A stretch of 61,939 nt of DNA, filler included, from Nemertoderma westbladi (Eukaryota; Animalia; Xenacoelomorpha), in assembly GCA_032718475.1 (NCBI GenBank). It is 3 parts of 3 records of this genome, joined end to end, with 100 filler letters (N's around TTAATTAATTAA, not from the genome) between each part and the next. Parts side by side here need not be neighbours in the genome. Positions count along the whole stretch, not along the records: positions 26,641 to 37,388 come from JAUCBJ010008703.1; positions 37,489 to 61,939 come from JAUCBJ010007321.1; 1 more part is not named here. One strand, written 5' to 3'. The first letter of the stretch is position 1; each line of letters starts with the position of its first letter. The position numbers were made by a program, and so were the translations under genes. The notes below the pieces were generated by a model that was not told the origin of the DNA, ran no database searches, and worked only from the letters and a program-made list of their open reading frames with translations. Below, piece by piece: positions 35,507-47,993 of the stretch.

Positions 35507-35893
35507 TGAGACTCGTCAGGAAGTCAGCAAGTGGGACTCTTCCCACCGCACTCCAAGGTGGGTGACCAGAGTGAGGCATAAGGAACTTGGTAGTGGCCCG
35601 TATTACGATCTGACCGACCACCGTATTCCCAGTCTCTGAGTGTAGTAAATACCCAAATAGAATCGTACTGACAAACAAGCAATTCTGTAGTATTCCCCCG
35701 TTAATCACCTCTTGAAGCAACTCGGCTGCTCGGGTCCAGATACATCGGACTGTCGGGAGCGTTTCAGACAGTAATGGAGCGGCATTTGCGAATATTTCCA
35801 ATGGTTTTATAATAAATAAGGGGATTCAATGCTAAAACAAATGGATTATTCCTGTATTCCTAACCCCACCCCAATACAGCAATATACCTAACA
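35507..35893 (+). repeat. Putative 3' LTR preceded by a polypurine tract
   Basis: PPT aggagggggg (35497-35506) abuts TG. AATAAA at 35811. Ends ...cctaaCA. Confidence 0.6.
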
Positions 35894-36179
35894 GTATATA
35901 GCTAAGGTACCACAGTACCATAATCAGCACAGTCAGCCTACGCTAATTTCACAGCAAAGTCCTTGTCATGGCCTGTGTGTAATAGGCCATGGCCCTACCC
36001 CATGCTGCCATGGGATATGTTATCTCTCTGTCTGTCAGCGCAACAGCTCCTGTAGGCTGATAGGGCTGTTGTACCTGTACCATGCTGACCATGGCCTGGT
36101 TGTACTGTTGAAGGCCTGTACATCAGTACACATGTAGTGCCACATCTGTAATGCACCAGACCAATACTGCAGTACACTG

Positions 36180-36400
36180 ATTTCATCCAAGCCGCCATTG
36201 GTCAACAGCTAACACATAACAACCAACCAGCAGACAGTATTTGGTATTAAATTACTTTTAAGGTCGAAAATGGGGCGAAATTATCGGATTTTATTAATTA
36301 AAAAATGTAAAGTGTGCCTTCTAATAATACCGATCGTACTGGAAAGCGAGATTTTGCAGATTGTTTGATAAATTCGATATTTTTGTGGATCATTTCGACT
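36180..36400 (+). repeat. Dispersed repeat, also at ~45518-45700 (+) and ~42960-43135 (-)
   Basis: Shared core cagacagtattt...gtcgaaaatggggcgaaattatc(g/a)gattttattaattaaaa...aaagtgtg...taataatacc. Confidence 0.8.
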
Positions 36401-36628
36401 TTTTCGCTATTTTCGGGATGTTACTAAAATAGGCACACAGTCAAACACAAGCGGGAGGAGGCATACAGGCCCACACACACCCCAAAAGATTTATTTAAGC
36501 ATCAAACACAGTCGCGAAATTAATTATCTCGCTCAGTTACATCATTTGAACATAAATTTAGGAAAAATTAGCTTTGCTATGTTGCTTAATTAAGTCTAAT
36601 TGAATTTATGTTGATACAGTACTGTTTA

Positions 36629-37298
36629 GGGGCCGTCAGCACTTAAGGGGGAGGGGGGGGGTTGGGAAAATCTGATGACAAGCTGATGATGGGAGAGGGG
36701 TCAGCCAAAATCTGACGTCAGCATGTTCATTTAGGTGCTAGAAGATACTGTATATAGCAGAAGAGTAAATAGCTTGCCTATTTTAATTGTTCGAAGCCCC
36801 CGAAGGCCCGTAGCACGACCTTCTGTTTCAGTTACCAGTCACCATGTTTCAGTGATTAGAACGCGTGCTACTGGGGTTCGCCTGAAAATGAAACATTAAT
36901 CCTAAGCTAATGATTGTTAGGCGCAGTACCGGTACCTCTACCGGTTCATAGAGGCCTATTATTAGCTGATGTTTGTTTATTATCATTCATAAACTGCTGT
37001 CGCATATCAGGTACAAGTATGTAAACGATAGGCTATCCTACTACAACTATATACCTTCCTATATAGATAAGCTATATAACTATAGCCAGCCCCCGTGCAC
37101 CCCCCCCCCCCCCCCCCCCCCCCCCCACCCCCTCCAATGCAATATGATACCTTTATCCTGCTGATAATAGTTTATTACAAAAAAATTTTTAATCTGATTT
37201 AGGGGGGGGGGGGGGGGGCAACGCCTATCTGATGACATCTGATTTAGGGGAGGGAGGGGGTCAACATTTTGGTGCAGACGTCATACTTGGACGGCCCC
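36629..37298. mobile_element. PIF/Harbinger-type MITE
   Basis: TIR ggggccgtc / gacggcccc. 3-bp TSD tta at 36626-36628 and 37299-37301. Confidence 0.8.
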
Positions 37299-37388
37299 TT
37301 AATGCAGTTCCCATAACTGTGGTAAGGCTGTCAGGTGTGGGCCTAGTATTTGGAGCAGTTGCCAATGCAATGCAGCAATTTGCATTAC

Positions 37389-37488
37389 NNNNNNNNNNNN
37401 NNNNNNNNNNNNNNNNNNNNNNNNNNNNNNNNTTAATTAATTAANNNNNNNNNNNNNNNNNNNNNNNNNNNNNNNNNNNNNNNNNNNN
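37389..37488. other. Artificial contig linker (N run - TTAATTAATTAA - N run)
   Basis: Same 100-nt structure as 26541-26640. Confidence 0.95.
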
Positions 37489-38396
37489 ACCATCAGAGAC
37501 TGATGAGTATATAACAGTAGATAATATATCAGACAATTCAAATGAAACTGAAATGGATCCTACTTACTCATACAGCATAAAGGAAAAGAAAGGTGAATCC
37601 CTACAAGGAAGTCAGGTACCAACAAACATAAGAAAAGACTCTGTAATAATCACAAACCCATCAGTGAAATGTCCCTCTACTCTAGAACAAGTCCTCAAAA
37701 ACAATGAGACCTGGCAAGAACCAAAAAGATCTGCCAAACCAACCTTCAAATCAAAGATCCAGATGCAGCACAACATTAAGACTGAAAACAAATATAGTGA
37801 ACTAGATAATGATACCAAAATTACCATACTTCCACAACAACTGACTGATTTCTTGGTGAATCTAAATAATGTTTCCAAAGAAACTGTCAATCTAAGAAAA
37901 TCACAAGATAGTAGCAAGAATGAACACAACAACTTTAAGCAACATCAAACGAGATACGAACAAGAAACCCAACGAAGCACCCCTTCCAACAAACGGAAGC
38001 AGTAGAAGCAGCACAGATATGAAGCGGAATAATAAAGGGTTTGATCTACACTACAAAACCTCTAGGGATTCATACTGGCACAATAACAATCAAGCCAACT
38101 ATAATGGTAATCAATATAAATCTATCCTGCAAGATAATAATAGGCATACGGAGTATGTGAGGAACTCTTGGAGACATACCCCAGAATCATCTCGACACCA
38201 AAGTCAAACATACCAGCAGTATCAGAAGAACAGAGTGAGTAGACATGATTATCCACATCAACACTTCCCTAACCCTCATCTAAGAGACCAATCTGAACAT
38301 ACCTCGTACCCCAGTAATGACCAATGTGACATAACCTATGATAACAGGTATTACAACCGATCCAACATAAGTCATATGGCTAGGAATCGTTTTTAA
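37489..38396 (+). pseudogene. Frameshifted low-complexity (N/Q/S/K-rich) ORF of unknown, possibly TE, origin
   Basis: Two overlapping track ORFs (37553-38005 and 37920-38396), followed by an AT-rich stretch ending in (tta)n at ~38932-38943. No recognised domain. Confidence 0.3.
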
Positions 38397-39294
38397 GCTA
38401 GCTCCGAGTATCACAACTGGAGACCTAAATTTCAAAAATGCTGGAAATACGAGTAATATTTTGCAGAGAAGTGAAATCAGTCTTTCTCAGTTTTTAAGAC
38501 TTGCATTTTAATTTTCACATTTTTTACTCAAAATAGATAGATAGACAATTTGTTGTCAAAGAATAGTTAAGGAATGTCTCGCAAAGTTTATTCATGGGAT
38601 TTTTCAGTGAATCTAATTTCGCAATAAAAAAATGTCAAATTAATAGTGCTAAAACCCAGCATCACTCTGTAGAACAAATATATTATAAAAATGTAATATA
38701 CTATATTAACACTGACACATTGACTTACCTATACATAGTTGCAACACTACAGTGTATACATGAGACATTGTTTCATAATGTTACATATCGAATAACACTA
38801 TTACTGCTATATCTAGCACATACTCACAACAATCAATACCCTACATCTAAACATTAATTATCATTCCATCTTATATTCAAACGTAATTAACCTGTCAATA
38901 TTGTACTGATAATGTATGTAGAACAAGTAAATTATTATTATTAGTTAGATGTATTTCGTATTAATTAATATGCATTTTATGCTATCGAAATCATTAGAAT
39001 AATTGGATCTCGTTGGTAACATATGCTATAGTATAGAATTCAATGAACAATAATTTATAATTGATACTACCACAAGCTATTTGTAAACATCTGCGACCAG
39101 TTATGATGAATAAATCGATATTGAATAATTATTACTTGGCATTCAACAGCTATAACTCGGATATTTATCGCCTTTTTCTCTCGAGGTTGGGTGGAAGAGT
39201 GGGTGACGAGTTGTGAGGAGTTATAACAGTCCCGAGTTCGAACCCGGTTGAATATTTTGTTATCTGAAAAATTGCGAAATTAAATTTAGTTACT

Positions 39295-39545
39295 GGTGAA
39301 AAATAGTAGAAGTTACCTGTAGACACCTCTAGCGTCTGTAAAATAAAGGTTGGTAAATATGAAAATACTGGTTGCTGAAAAATAGCGATTTGAAAAATAG
39401 TAGAAGTTACCTGTAGACACCTCTAGCGTCTGTAAAATAACGGTTGGTAAATATGAAAATACTGGTTGCTGAAAAATTGCGATTTGAAAAATAGTAGAAG
39501 TTACCTGATGCTAAGTGTAGACACTCGAACACCTGTAAAATAAAG
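39295..39545 (+). repeat. 94-bp tandem repeat, ~2.5 copies, downstream of a tRNA-like A/B-box head (~39190-39250)
   Basis: aaatagtagaagttacctg at 39301, 39395 and 39489. Upstream are tggaagagtgg and gagttcgaacc. Confidence 0.75.
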
Positions 39546-39741
39546 GCTTATGATTGGACGGATGAGTAGCGTTGGGGGGACTAATAACGCCTCTAGCGGA
39601 AGATGCGGGAACTTGAGAAGTTGCCATGGTTACGGATTAAATGCTGACATCTGATTGGTTGAAATAATAACGACCACCGCTAAAGGTTGAAATAGTGGCT
39701 TCTGATTGGACAGAGTACCAGAAATGGATGGTAATGATGGG

Positions 39742-41736
39742 CTACGGGTGACCATGGCCGGGTGTCATAGTATTGTATACTACTCCTATACCTTCGTGCA
39801 ATGTTGGGCGGATCGGCTGTGTTTTATCTGCGAAGCTAAACTGCGCTTCAACGAATCCTGTATTCGTTATGATAAACGAAGAAGTCCGAGCCTCTAAAAA
39901 ACGAACATCTGCAAAAAGTAGTGTCTTTGGAGACACATCCGCTTTAGGTGTATTCTCGTTCTCCCACTTATCGTCAAGTTTTAGCACATCCGTGAAGACA
40001 TTGCAGTACTTTGCTGGATCTATAATTTTAACGTCGCAGTCAAAGAGACAAGAAACTGGTTTGTGATCTGAGATGAGGAGTGTGGGGTGACTCTGATACT
40101 GGAGTAATCGGAGAGTCTGGGCATTAGCGCGGTACAACACACGGTCACAATATGCGGGAGAACGCATCTTCTCGCTCGAATCCCAGATTGAGGTTCCGGG
40201 GTTGTACTTGTAGGTCGGCGGGAATCGAATGGGTCCTTCGCGGAATTCCATAAACGCTATACCGGATCGCATGCATTCGATCAACTGATCGTATTTCAGC
40301 AGTGCTTCATAATTCTTCTCGGCTGCTAGTTGCTTAACTGCTTTGATGGATAATCCATCGATACGATAGTTGAGATCACCAACCCATATTACAACATCGT
40401 TATCGTTTAGACAACCTGGTGGGTGCATATGTTTGAATTTGAGTCTGCGTCTGATCTCCGCATAGCCCCGGTTACGTCGCTCACACTCATCAACGTTGGC
40501 AGCAAGGTGAGAATTAACGAAACAAAACGTAGTGCCATGCAGCTGGAATCGCACAGACACTCCACCTTTATTACCAATCCTACCCATTAATCCCACGGGG
40601 ATTTGGTCGCCATCAACGTGGGAGACATCCTTACAGTGTTTGTGGAGGACAAAGACAATGAGCATTATACCCACAAGACGGTTTTCCTTTATTTTTTGGT
40701 ACTTCCCGTGGGAGTTGAGACACTTTCTTACACGATCGACCCATTCGCTTGCCCTTGGACACTCATCTAACACATAAGTCTCGGTCCTTTTGTCCAGTTC
40801 TTGGAAACCCACAGCTATAATGTCTGGAGGGTCAGAGTCTGTTGTCAACCATTCCTGGAGGTCGCACTCTGGCGGGCGGGTGTTCACATTCCAGGTGCCT
40901 ACAAGGACCTTGAACGTTCGTCGACTAGTGTACATATTTTCATGTTTTTTCATTTCCTGTTTTTTCAATCTTATACTTCTGCTGTAATCACTCTTATTGT
41001 CATAATCAGATTCCTCCTGAGATTCGAACCTGTTGTAAATGGATTGCAGCTGAGAGTTTTCATCGAACCAAGGCTTTTGACCACCCCTCGCGTCGACCTC
41101 ATCATTCAAGGAATGTATTATACCACTGGCTTGTCTCATCCAGGCCCAGTCTTCGACCAATTTGTCGTCTGTGACTACAGAGCTTGGAATTCCTACGCCA
41201 CTGCATTCAGTAGGGGAATATGGAAATTCATCGATATTGGGAGATTCATTACAACTCGATTTGGTTTGAAAAAAGCCAAATTGTTTAAGCCAATGAAAAT
41301 TAGGTTCGGTGCCAGAATATCTAGATTCGTAGATTTCCAGACTTCGTGTAAGTTCCTCAATAAATAGCTTGGTTGCGTTAGTAAGAGCAATATTAAACAT
41401 GCAATCATCATTAATAAATCGGAAATGTAACTGAACACTTCTTGGCCCATCAGCCTTTGTTGAACTTTGTTGAGATTTAGTTGAAAGCAGAGCGAAATTT
41501 CTGTTGATGGGATAAATATCAGAAATTACAATGTCACTTCCAGAAAAAATATCTGTTGGGCCAACTTTTTTTATGAATTTGATAACGCAGTATTCGCGTC
41601 CGTGTTCAATTAAGGACAACAGATATGTTCTTTGGTCTTCATCATCTGAATAGGATTGAGTTGCATATACAATGGCAATAGGGACAGACTTTGTATCCGC
41701 TTTGAGAAAATCCAACACCGCCACACGTTCAGACAT
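39742..41736 (-). CDS. OCRL: OCRL/INPP5B-like type II inositol polyphosphate 5-phosphatase (PH-like N-terminus, 5-phosphatase domain, partial ASH, no RhoGAP)
   Basis: Catalytic motifs GTWNVN, IAVGFQE, GNKGGV, FVNSHLAA, WVGDLNYRI, PPTYKY, PAYCDRVLY and SDHKPV. Then DKWENENTP...FADVRF...ITNTG, the ASH start typical of OCRL/INPP5B. One uninterrupted 664-codon ORF. Confidence 0.9.
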   Translation of the reverse strand: MSERVAVLDFLKADTKSVPIAIVYATQSYSDDEDQRTYLLSLIEHGREYCVIKFIKKVGPTDIFSGSDIVISDIYPINRNFALLSTKSQQSSTKADGPRSVQLHFRFINDDCMFNIALTNATKLFIEELTRSLEIYESRYSGTEPNFHWLKQFGFFQTKSSCNESPNIDEFPYSPTECSGVGIPSSVVTDDKLVEDWAWMRQASGIIHSLNDEVDARGGQKPWFDENSQLQSIYNRFESQEESDYDNKSDYSRSIRLKKQEMKKHENMYTSRRTFKVLVGTWNVNTRPPECDLQEWLTTDSDPPDIIAVGFQELDKRTETYVLDECPRASEWVDRVRKCLNSHGKYQKIKENRLVGIMLIVFVLHKHCKDVSHVDGDQIPVGLMGRIGNKGGVSVRFQLHGTTFCFVNSHLAANVDECERRNRGYAEIRRRLKFKHMHPPGCLNDNDVVIWVGDLNYRIDGLSIKAVKQLAAEKNYEALLKYDQLIECMRSGIAFMEFREGPIRFPPTYKYNPGTSIWDSSEKMRSPAYCDRVLYRANAQTLRLLQYQSHPTLLISDHKPVSCLFDCDVKIIDPAKYCNVFTDVLKLDDKWENENTPKADVSPKTLLFADVRFLEARTSSFIITNTGFVEAQFSFADKTQPIRPTLHEGIGVVYNTMTPGHGHP

Positions 41737-41876
41737 ACCTGATTATAGCCTACCTATGACTTGAAGCTACAATAACATATTTCTGATAGATAGAAAATTA
41801 TTAGTTAAATAGTTTAATGTTTTTAAATTTATTTTTATCCGCATGAAAAAATCTATTGCTATAAAATATTTGGTAC

Positions 41877-42532
41877 TAGTTCGCCATGTCGACACCCCCT
41901 TCCAATTGGTTTCCATAAGGTATAGTTTCTTTGATTTGTAAATATAAAGTTATATAACATGTCTACATTCATCCAAAATAATATTACTTATGGTAGCTAC
42001 TATTATTCAAAGTACTACCTATTTAAAAATTATTTTGAAAAAAATATATTTTTTTAATTTATTTACGGTACATTTTTGCATATTGCAGAATATTTTTGCA
42101 ACACCAAATTAGCTAAATCATTTTTCACCACAACTAAAATGTTGCAACCATTAAAAACGCTAGCTATGTACCATATACAATAATATACGTAATAAAACAA
42201 CTAAATATATTTTGAAATACCAGGCATTTTTTTTTCATTTTACTTAAATTTTACTTTTCATTTTCACTTTTTCATTAAATATAGCCTTTAGAGCCGGCAT
42301 TAAATAGACGATAGGAGGCTATACCAGGTAAGATATTGTTCAAATGTTATTTTAATTTTAATAATTAATTTTTTTACAAGATAATTAAATCTACTAGCTA
42401 GAAAAAAAACACTAGCTATAATTATTTAAACTACTCCGATTGAAGTAAGATACGTATTAGAAGTTTCTCTTCAAAAATTATAAAAAAATATTTTAGTTAA
42501 AAATTGGTCAGGGGTGTCGACATGGCGAACTA
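41877..42532. mobile_element. MITE immediately upstream of the OCRL-like ORF
   Basis: Inverted pair tagttcgccatgtcgacacccc (41877) / ggggtgtcgacatggcgaacta (ending 42532) around an AT-rich interior. Confidence 0.75.
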
Positions 42533-43281
42533 CTGTAGTAACAAAAATTTATTTTATTACGGTAGATAATAAAAAACAACTAGAATTTATTTTTAAGTCT
42601 ACAGTTTAAAAACTTTAGTTCCGTATAATAGTTCCATCTACACATAATATTATATACTCCAAAAGAGTTGTAAGAAAGTTGCTTGCTTTATAACGTTCTA
42701 GAACAACAATTTCTAACATAGTTGGTTTACGATGTTTGCAAATAAAGGAAGGATGTTTGTTGGTTGTTGATAATAATTTGTTACTACTGATGCAATTAAT
42801 TATTATTCCTTCCCCAATATTCTTAATTTAAACATTATGGGCATCGGTACACCTACCCTACACCTTGTGCACAAGCGATCCTAATATTGAGGATATTACT
42901 AATGAACTGGATGCCATCGTATACGCCCAATCGTAGGAAACAATTGGGTGGATAGTTATAATATCCGAAAATAACGAAAAAGACGAAATTAATTCTTTAA
43001 ATAAAATCTAACTTTCCAGTGAGATCGGTATTATTAAAAGACACACTTTACATATTTTAATTAATAAAATCTGATAATTTCGCCCCATTTTCGACCCTAA
43101 AAGTAATTTAATAGGAAATACTGTCTCTGCTGATTGGTTTTTAGGGGTAATCCAATGATTGTAAAACACCACAAGTTGGCGCTCAAAATAGGACAATACA
43201 GTCAGAGTGTAGGCCTACTGCATTGCGACTGCTGCACTGCTAATACTACTAGGATCGGCATGCTGCATTGCAGCTGCATTT

Positions 43282-45270
43282 TTAAGAATGCTGTGCCGGC
43301 TTTTCTACAAAATTGCGCCGCCACAACTCCCTATCACCCATGACATTTGCTAGATCATCCGCATCTTCAAGGCCACTGTCCTTTAAGATGCGTCTCAAGA
43401 AAGTCATGGGCTGTCCACCATGCTTATTCAGCATGGTGAATAAGCAATGTCCTGCAAAGCGGAGGCGATTTTGTTCTAGTGTCAAGCTTGGGGGAACCAA
43501 TAAGACACCTCCAATGTTATATAGTGTCTGGTTGGAGATGTGTGCATGGTACTTGACACAATGAACCCGGCATACCATTCTTGTGAATGTGCCATCCAGA
43601 GATTTGGTGTCCTCAGCAGTTAGAGCCCAGCATGGACTCCCGTAGAGGAGTACTGTAACTACTGCTGCTCTAAATAATCGGACCTTAAGTTTCCGACTAA
43701 TTCTCTGTGACTTCCAAATCCTGGAAAGCCTATTCAAGGCTGCCCGTGCCTTTCCCTTACGTATTCGAAGGTCCTCACCTGACTTCCGGATCCATGATCC
43801 CAGGTAACAGAAGTCGTCCACATGCTCAAGCATACCATCCTTTGAGCTTATGCTCATCCGATCAGAGACTTGCTGAGGACTTTCAAAGTTAACTGTCAAA
43901 ATTTTGGTCTTTCTGGAGTTAATAAAAAGACCAACACTAGAAACAGCATGTTCTAATGAGCTGAGGAGCCGTTGGGCTCCCTCTAATGATTCTGAGAGTA
44001 CTCCTAAGTCATCAGCAAAGTCTAGATCAGTTGCCAAAATGGGCTCCATGGTCCCACGACCTTTACGGAACCCATTCTAATTTCCACGGAGCAGTCTTTC
44101 AATGGGATCCCTGATGCGATTTAATAGAATCCTATTGTATCGCTTTGCAGCAATCGAGATCAATGAGATTCCCCGAAAAGAACCATAGAGTGTTAGGTTG
44201 CCCTTCTTGGGAACTGGCACCAACTTATTTGTTTTCATTTCTAGTGGGACTCTTGTTGTTCGGTACATGTCTACTATGATGGGATAGATGAGCTTTAAAC
44301 ACTCAGGTATTTTAAAGACCTCAGGGGGAACACCATCTACTCCACTGGCACGATTGGTCTTAATGCTCTTTGAAGCAGCCTTCACTTCTGCAAAGGAGAT
44401 ATCGCCAATGCGAATATCTGGGAGTACACACTCAGACACTTTTACTTCTATAAAGTTATCAGGCAATACCCTGTCATTATTGAGGAGATTTTCAAAGTGG
44501 GCTTTCCAACCATTGAGGCGATCGGCTGGTGATTCAGCCTTAACCTTGGTGGTTGGTTGGCTTTTCCGGACAGTTAGCAAGTTGATCGATTTCCATGCCT
44601 GGGATGATTGCCTGCTGTCGTCAGCATCATTGATGGCATTAACCTGTTGGTTTATTAGCTCCTGTAGATTAACAGAGTACTGCCTGTTTGGGACCTAGAT
44701 GCAGCCTTAACTGCATTCTTGGCCGCTGTAGTCTGTTTGAGTCGGGACTCTTTCTGCGCCTTATGAAGGTCATTTCGGCACTTCTGAATTTTGTTGTCAG
44801 TCCAGGGGGCCTTTTTCCTGTTTCGAGGGTATACAGGAACTGTTTCTGCAGCTGCTAACTTAACTGCTTCTGTAAAGGCAGTATAGCCCTCACACAGAGA
44901 TCTGCCGCCTCAGAGGCAAGAGCCTCATACCTGTTGCTCAGCTGTAGTGTGAAGCTGGATCTCACACTTGGCTGTTGCAACAGAGATGACCAGTCATGCC
45001 GCGGCAAGGCAGATTTCGTTGTTCTGCTAGCACTCAGACTAAGTCTTACCTTGGCCACAATACGGCGGTATGATCACTGGAGAAGGGTCGAAGTGTAAAT
45101 GCATTACAGTCTTGTATAGAGCTCCTGTATTTCCTACGAAACAGAATAAGGTCTATCTGGGACTTGTGACCACTGGGTCCACTATGACTCCATAGCTTTC
45201 CAGTTCGCTTCTTGAACTGGGTTCCAGCCGAAAACAATCCATTTCCAGCCTTCATTACCAACTGCTGCAC
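43282..45270 (-). mobile_element. Decayed, internally deleted RTE-clade LINE fragment
   Basis: EN end SQIDLIL...SSDH; PKKGNL...FRGISL; GFRKGR; DLDFADD; FCYLGS; LLYG...W; RLRFAGHC. Contains stops and frameshifts. Confidence 0.85.
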
Positions 45271-45839
45271 TGCAGTTCTGTGTTGTTACGATAACTAGTC
45301 AGCCTGTTCACATGCGCCACTTGCCTGGCAGTCACTGTACAGTGTAGTAGGGCCCTACACCTGTAATGCGGAGGTACCGTACGCCGTAATGCGTATGCAG
45401 TGTTGGTTTGGGTTTGGGTTAGGGTATTGCTGAACGGACCGGTTCTCTTAACTTTACCCCTTCAGGCTGTACCATGCTTGTAATACACCATAACACTGAT
45501 CTGCTGATGCTGAATTGATTCATCCAAGCCGCCATTGGTCAACACCCAACAACCAACCAGCAGACAGTATTTGGTATTAAAATACTTATAGGGTCGAAAA
45601 TGGGGCGAAATTATCGGATTTTATTAATTAAAAAATCTAAAGTGTGAAGTGTGACTTCTAATAATACCTATCGTATTGGAAAGCGATATTTTGTAGATTG
45701 TTTTATAACCCCCCCACCAAAAAAAAAAATTTTTATTATATCATTGAAACTGCACATTGAGATGCTATGCCCGCTTAACAAAAACATTTTGTCACCACCA
45801 TGCAATCCAGAATTGGCAAGACCAATGCAGCGTGCATTA

Positions 45840-46400
45840 AGAATGCTATGCCGCCTTATCAACAAAGTTGCACCGCCACAACTCCCTATCTCCCATGACT
45901 TTCGCGAGATTATCCGCATCTTCAAGGCCAGTGTCCTTTAGGATGCGTCTCACGAAAGTCATAGGCTGCCCACAATGCTTATTTTCTCCATGGGGCTGCT
46001 AAAGCACAAGATTATACACAGTCTGGTCCTCGCGGCGAAAACAATGTCCTGCAAAGCAGAGGCGGCTTTGTTCTAATGTCGAGTTTGGGGGAACCAATGA
46101 GACACCTCCAATATTATATAGTGTTTGGTTGGAGATGTGTTCATTGTAGCCTACTTGAAAGAGTGAACCCGACGTAGCATTCTTGTGAATGTGCCAGAGA
46201 TTTGGTGTCCTCAGCAGTTAGAGCCCAGCATGGACTCACATAGAGGAATACTGGAACTACTGCTGCTCTAAATAATCGGAAAGTTTCCGATTAATTCTCG
46301 GTGACTTCCAAATCCTGGAAAGCCTATTCAAGGCTGCCCATGCCTTTCCCTTACGTATTCGAAGGTCCTCACCTGACTTCCGGATCCATGTTCCCAGGTA
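45840..46400 (-). mobile_element. Second, 5'-truncated copy of the same RTE 3' region
   Basis: Close match to 43300-43806, e.g. ttccaaatcctggaaagcctattcaaggctgccc and YLGTWIRKSGEDLRIRKGKA. Confidence 0.85.
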
Positions 46401-47993
46401 AGATAATTTTGAACGTACTTTGACAGCGGTATCGCCGCGACGTATATCTTTGAACCGAGATTTACAAAATCTAAATAGTTTTAATTTAGAGATAACTTCT
46501 TCAAAGTAGGAAAATAGACAAATGTCTGGAAACAACACTCAAAAGTCAGTACAACCCTCAAATCATGTAATTCAGTATTCTGTCAACTGAAAGTAACCTC
46601 TGCACAGTGTTCTGCTCTTTAGTGTTGCAGGGTCCAGTTTTAACAGGGCGAATAGTTTACGAGCTTAGCAAAGCTCCACATCACTATTTCATTTTCAACC
46701 ATTGCATAAAGTTAGTTCCATCTAAGATTGTAATTAGACTTCAAACTTTGTGTGACAGACCGAACAACAGATAGACAACAATTGAACCACCAGTGGTAAC
46801 CGGGATTTTCAAAAATCCTGACATGGGTGCGAGAAAGGTCCTGTAAGAAAAAAACTGTTCACAAAATTAAGTCTGCAGATATTGGACACTGCAGTGCAGT
46901 ATTAAAGAACAGAACTACATACAACAGAACAATGTGTGTAGGCCAAGCCTGCAGATAGGTGGTAACCGGTGGTGAACAGTATAGCAGAATTCAGAATACT
47001 GCATTACTGTAGCATACGTGCGTGATATCAGTATTGTCACGACATTTGACCAGACAGACGTTTGACTATTTTCCTGCGACATGTGGAGCGGAAACTTGGT
47101 ACAATTACTTTTAGGACAGCAATCTTACTGTTATTCGCCATTGCTTGTGACCATTTTTGTCTGCGGTCTACTGTACAGTATATTTGGCAGTGGATGAGTG
47201 TTTCACCGTTTTCTGGTGTTGTCACAACGTGAGCGAGGGCTTTCTGCTACTAGATTGAGGAAATATCTCCACATAATCCGTTTTGAACGTGTTATACAGT
47301 AGTACTGTTACCTAATAAGTTACTGAATAGAAACAAAGAGTAATAAAACTCGCGTGGAAATGAAATCTCTGGAGTACAAGGGACAGATAACATACTGAAG
47401 AATCAATAATGAAGAATCAATTGGACAATATTATTTCTGTTTCAACCAACTACTGTGGTGTATGTAATAGTGTAAAGTGATCGGTAAACGTGTGAAACAT
47501 AAATTACCGAAGGCAACCCGAGAATGCTCCATCTTTCTCGCCGGTTACAAGTAAGGCAAGGAAGGTGCACACTGACTCCCAAGGTTCAATACTCTCCTTA
47601 TCGAACCCTTTTCATACGAGTGTATGTAGAGAAGTTGCGAAGTAATAGATGATGTTTGTAAAGTAACATCTGGTATCTTCATCTTTCAGTAACAAATTAG
47701 AGCCAAGATATAATCATGATGATTGATTTCTTTGTCATAATAAATTAAATAATGCAACAGAAGAGCGGCACAAGAATATTGAAATACAGTAGATAATTTA
47801 TAATTTAAAAATAATTAGTTTCATAATCTAGTCCAATATGTTGATGAATTATTCTGACATAATTTATTATATCAGATGAATTATTTTAACATGGAAATAC
47901 TCTATTTCTTTTGGGAACATACTGAATTGTCCGGAGGGAAGCAATTGAATGCACCAAATCGACGAAAATTCCGATATTGAATTGTTACAGCAC

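Larger units (their letters stand above)
26642..35893 (+). mobile_element. BEL/Pao-derived element lacking RT/RH/IN, carrying an extra exonuclease ORF
   Basis: Order: LTR-like sequence and PBS, broken gag N-terminus (E/R coiled coil ~27320-27740, Asn-rich 27787-28506), gag-protease, tandem array, exonuclease/zinc-knuckle ORF, PPT, LTR-like end. Confidence 0.7.

Noticed and set aside
45404-45425. Telomere-like ggtttgggtttgggttaggg
   Set aside because: Only about three degenerate units, internal to the contig, and common inside repeats.
47037-47225. Possible zinc-finger or transposase N-terminal relic (LIHCQIYC...)
   Set aside because: Too short and degenerate to support.
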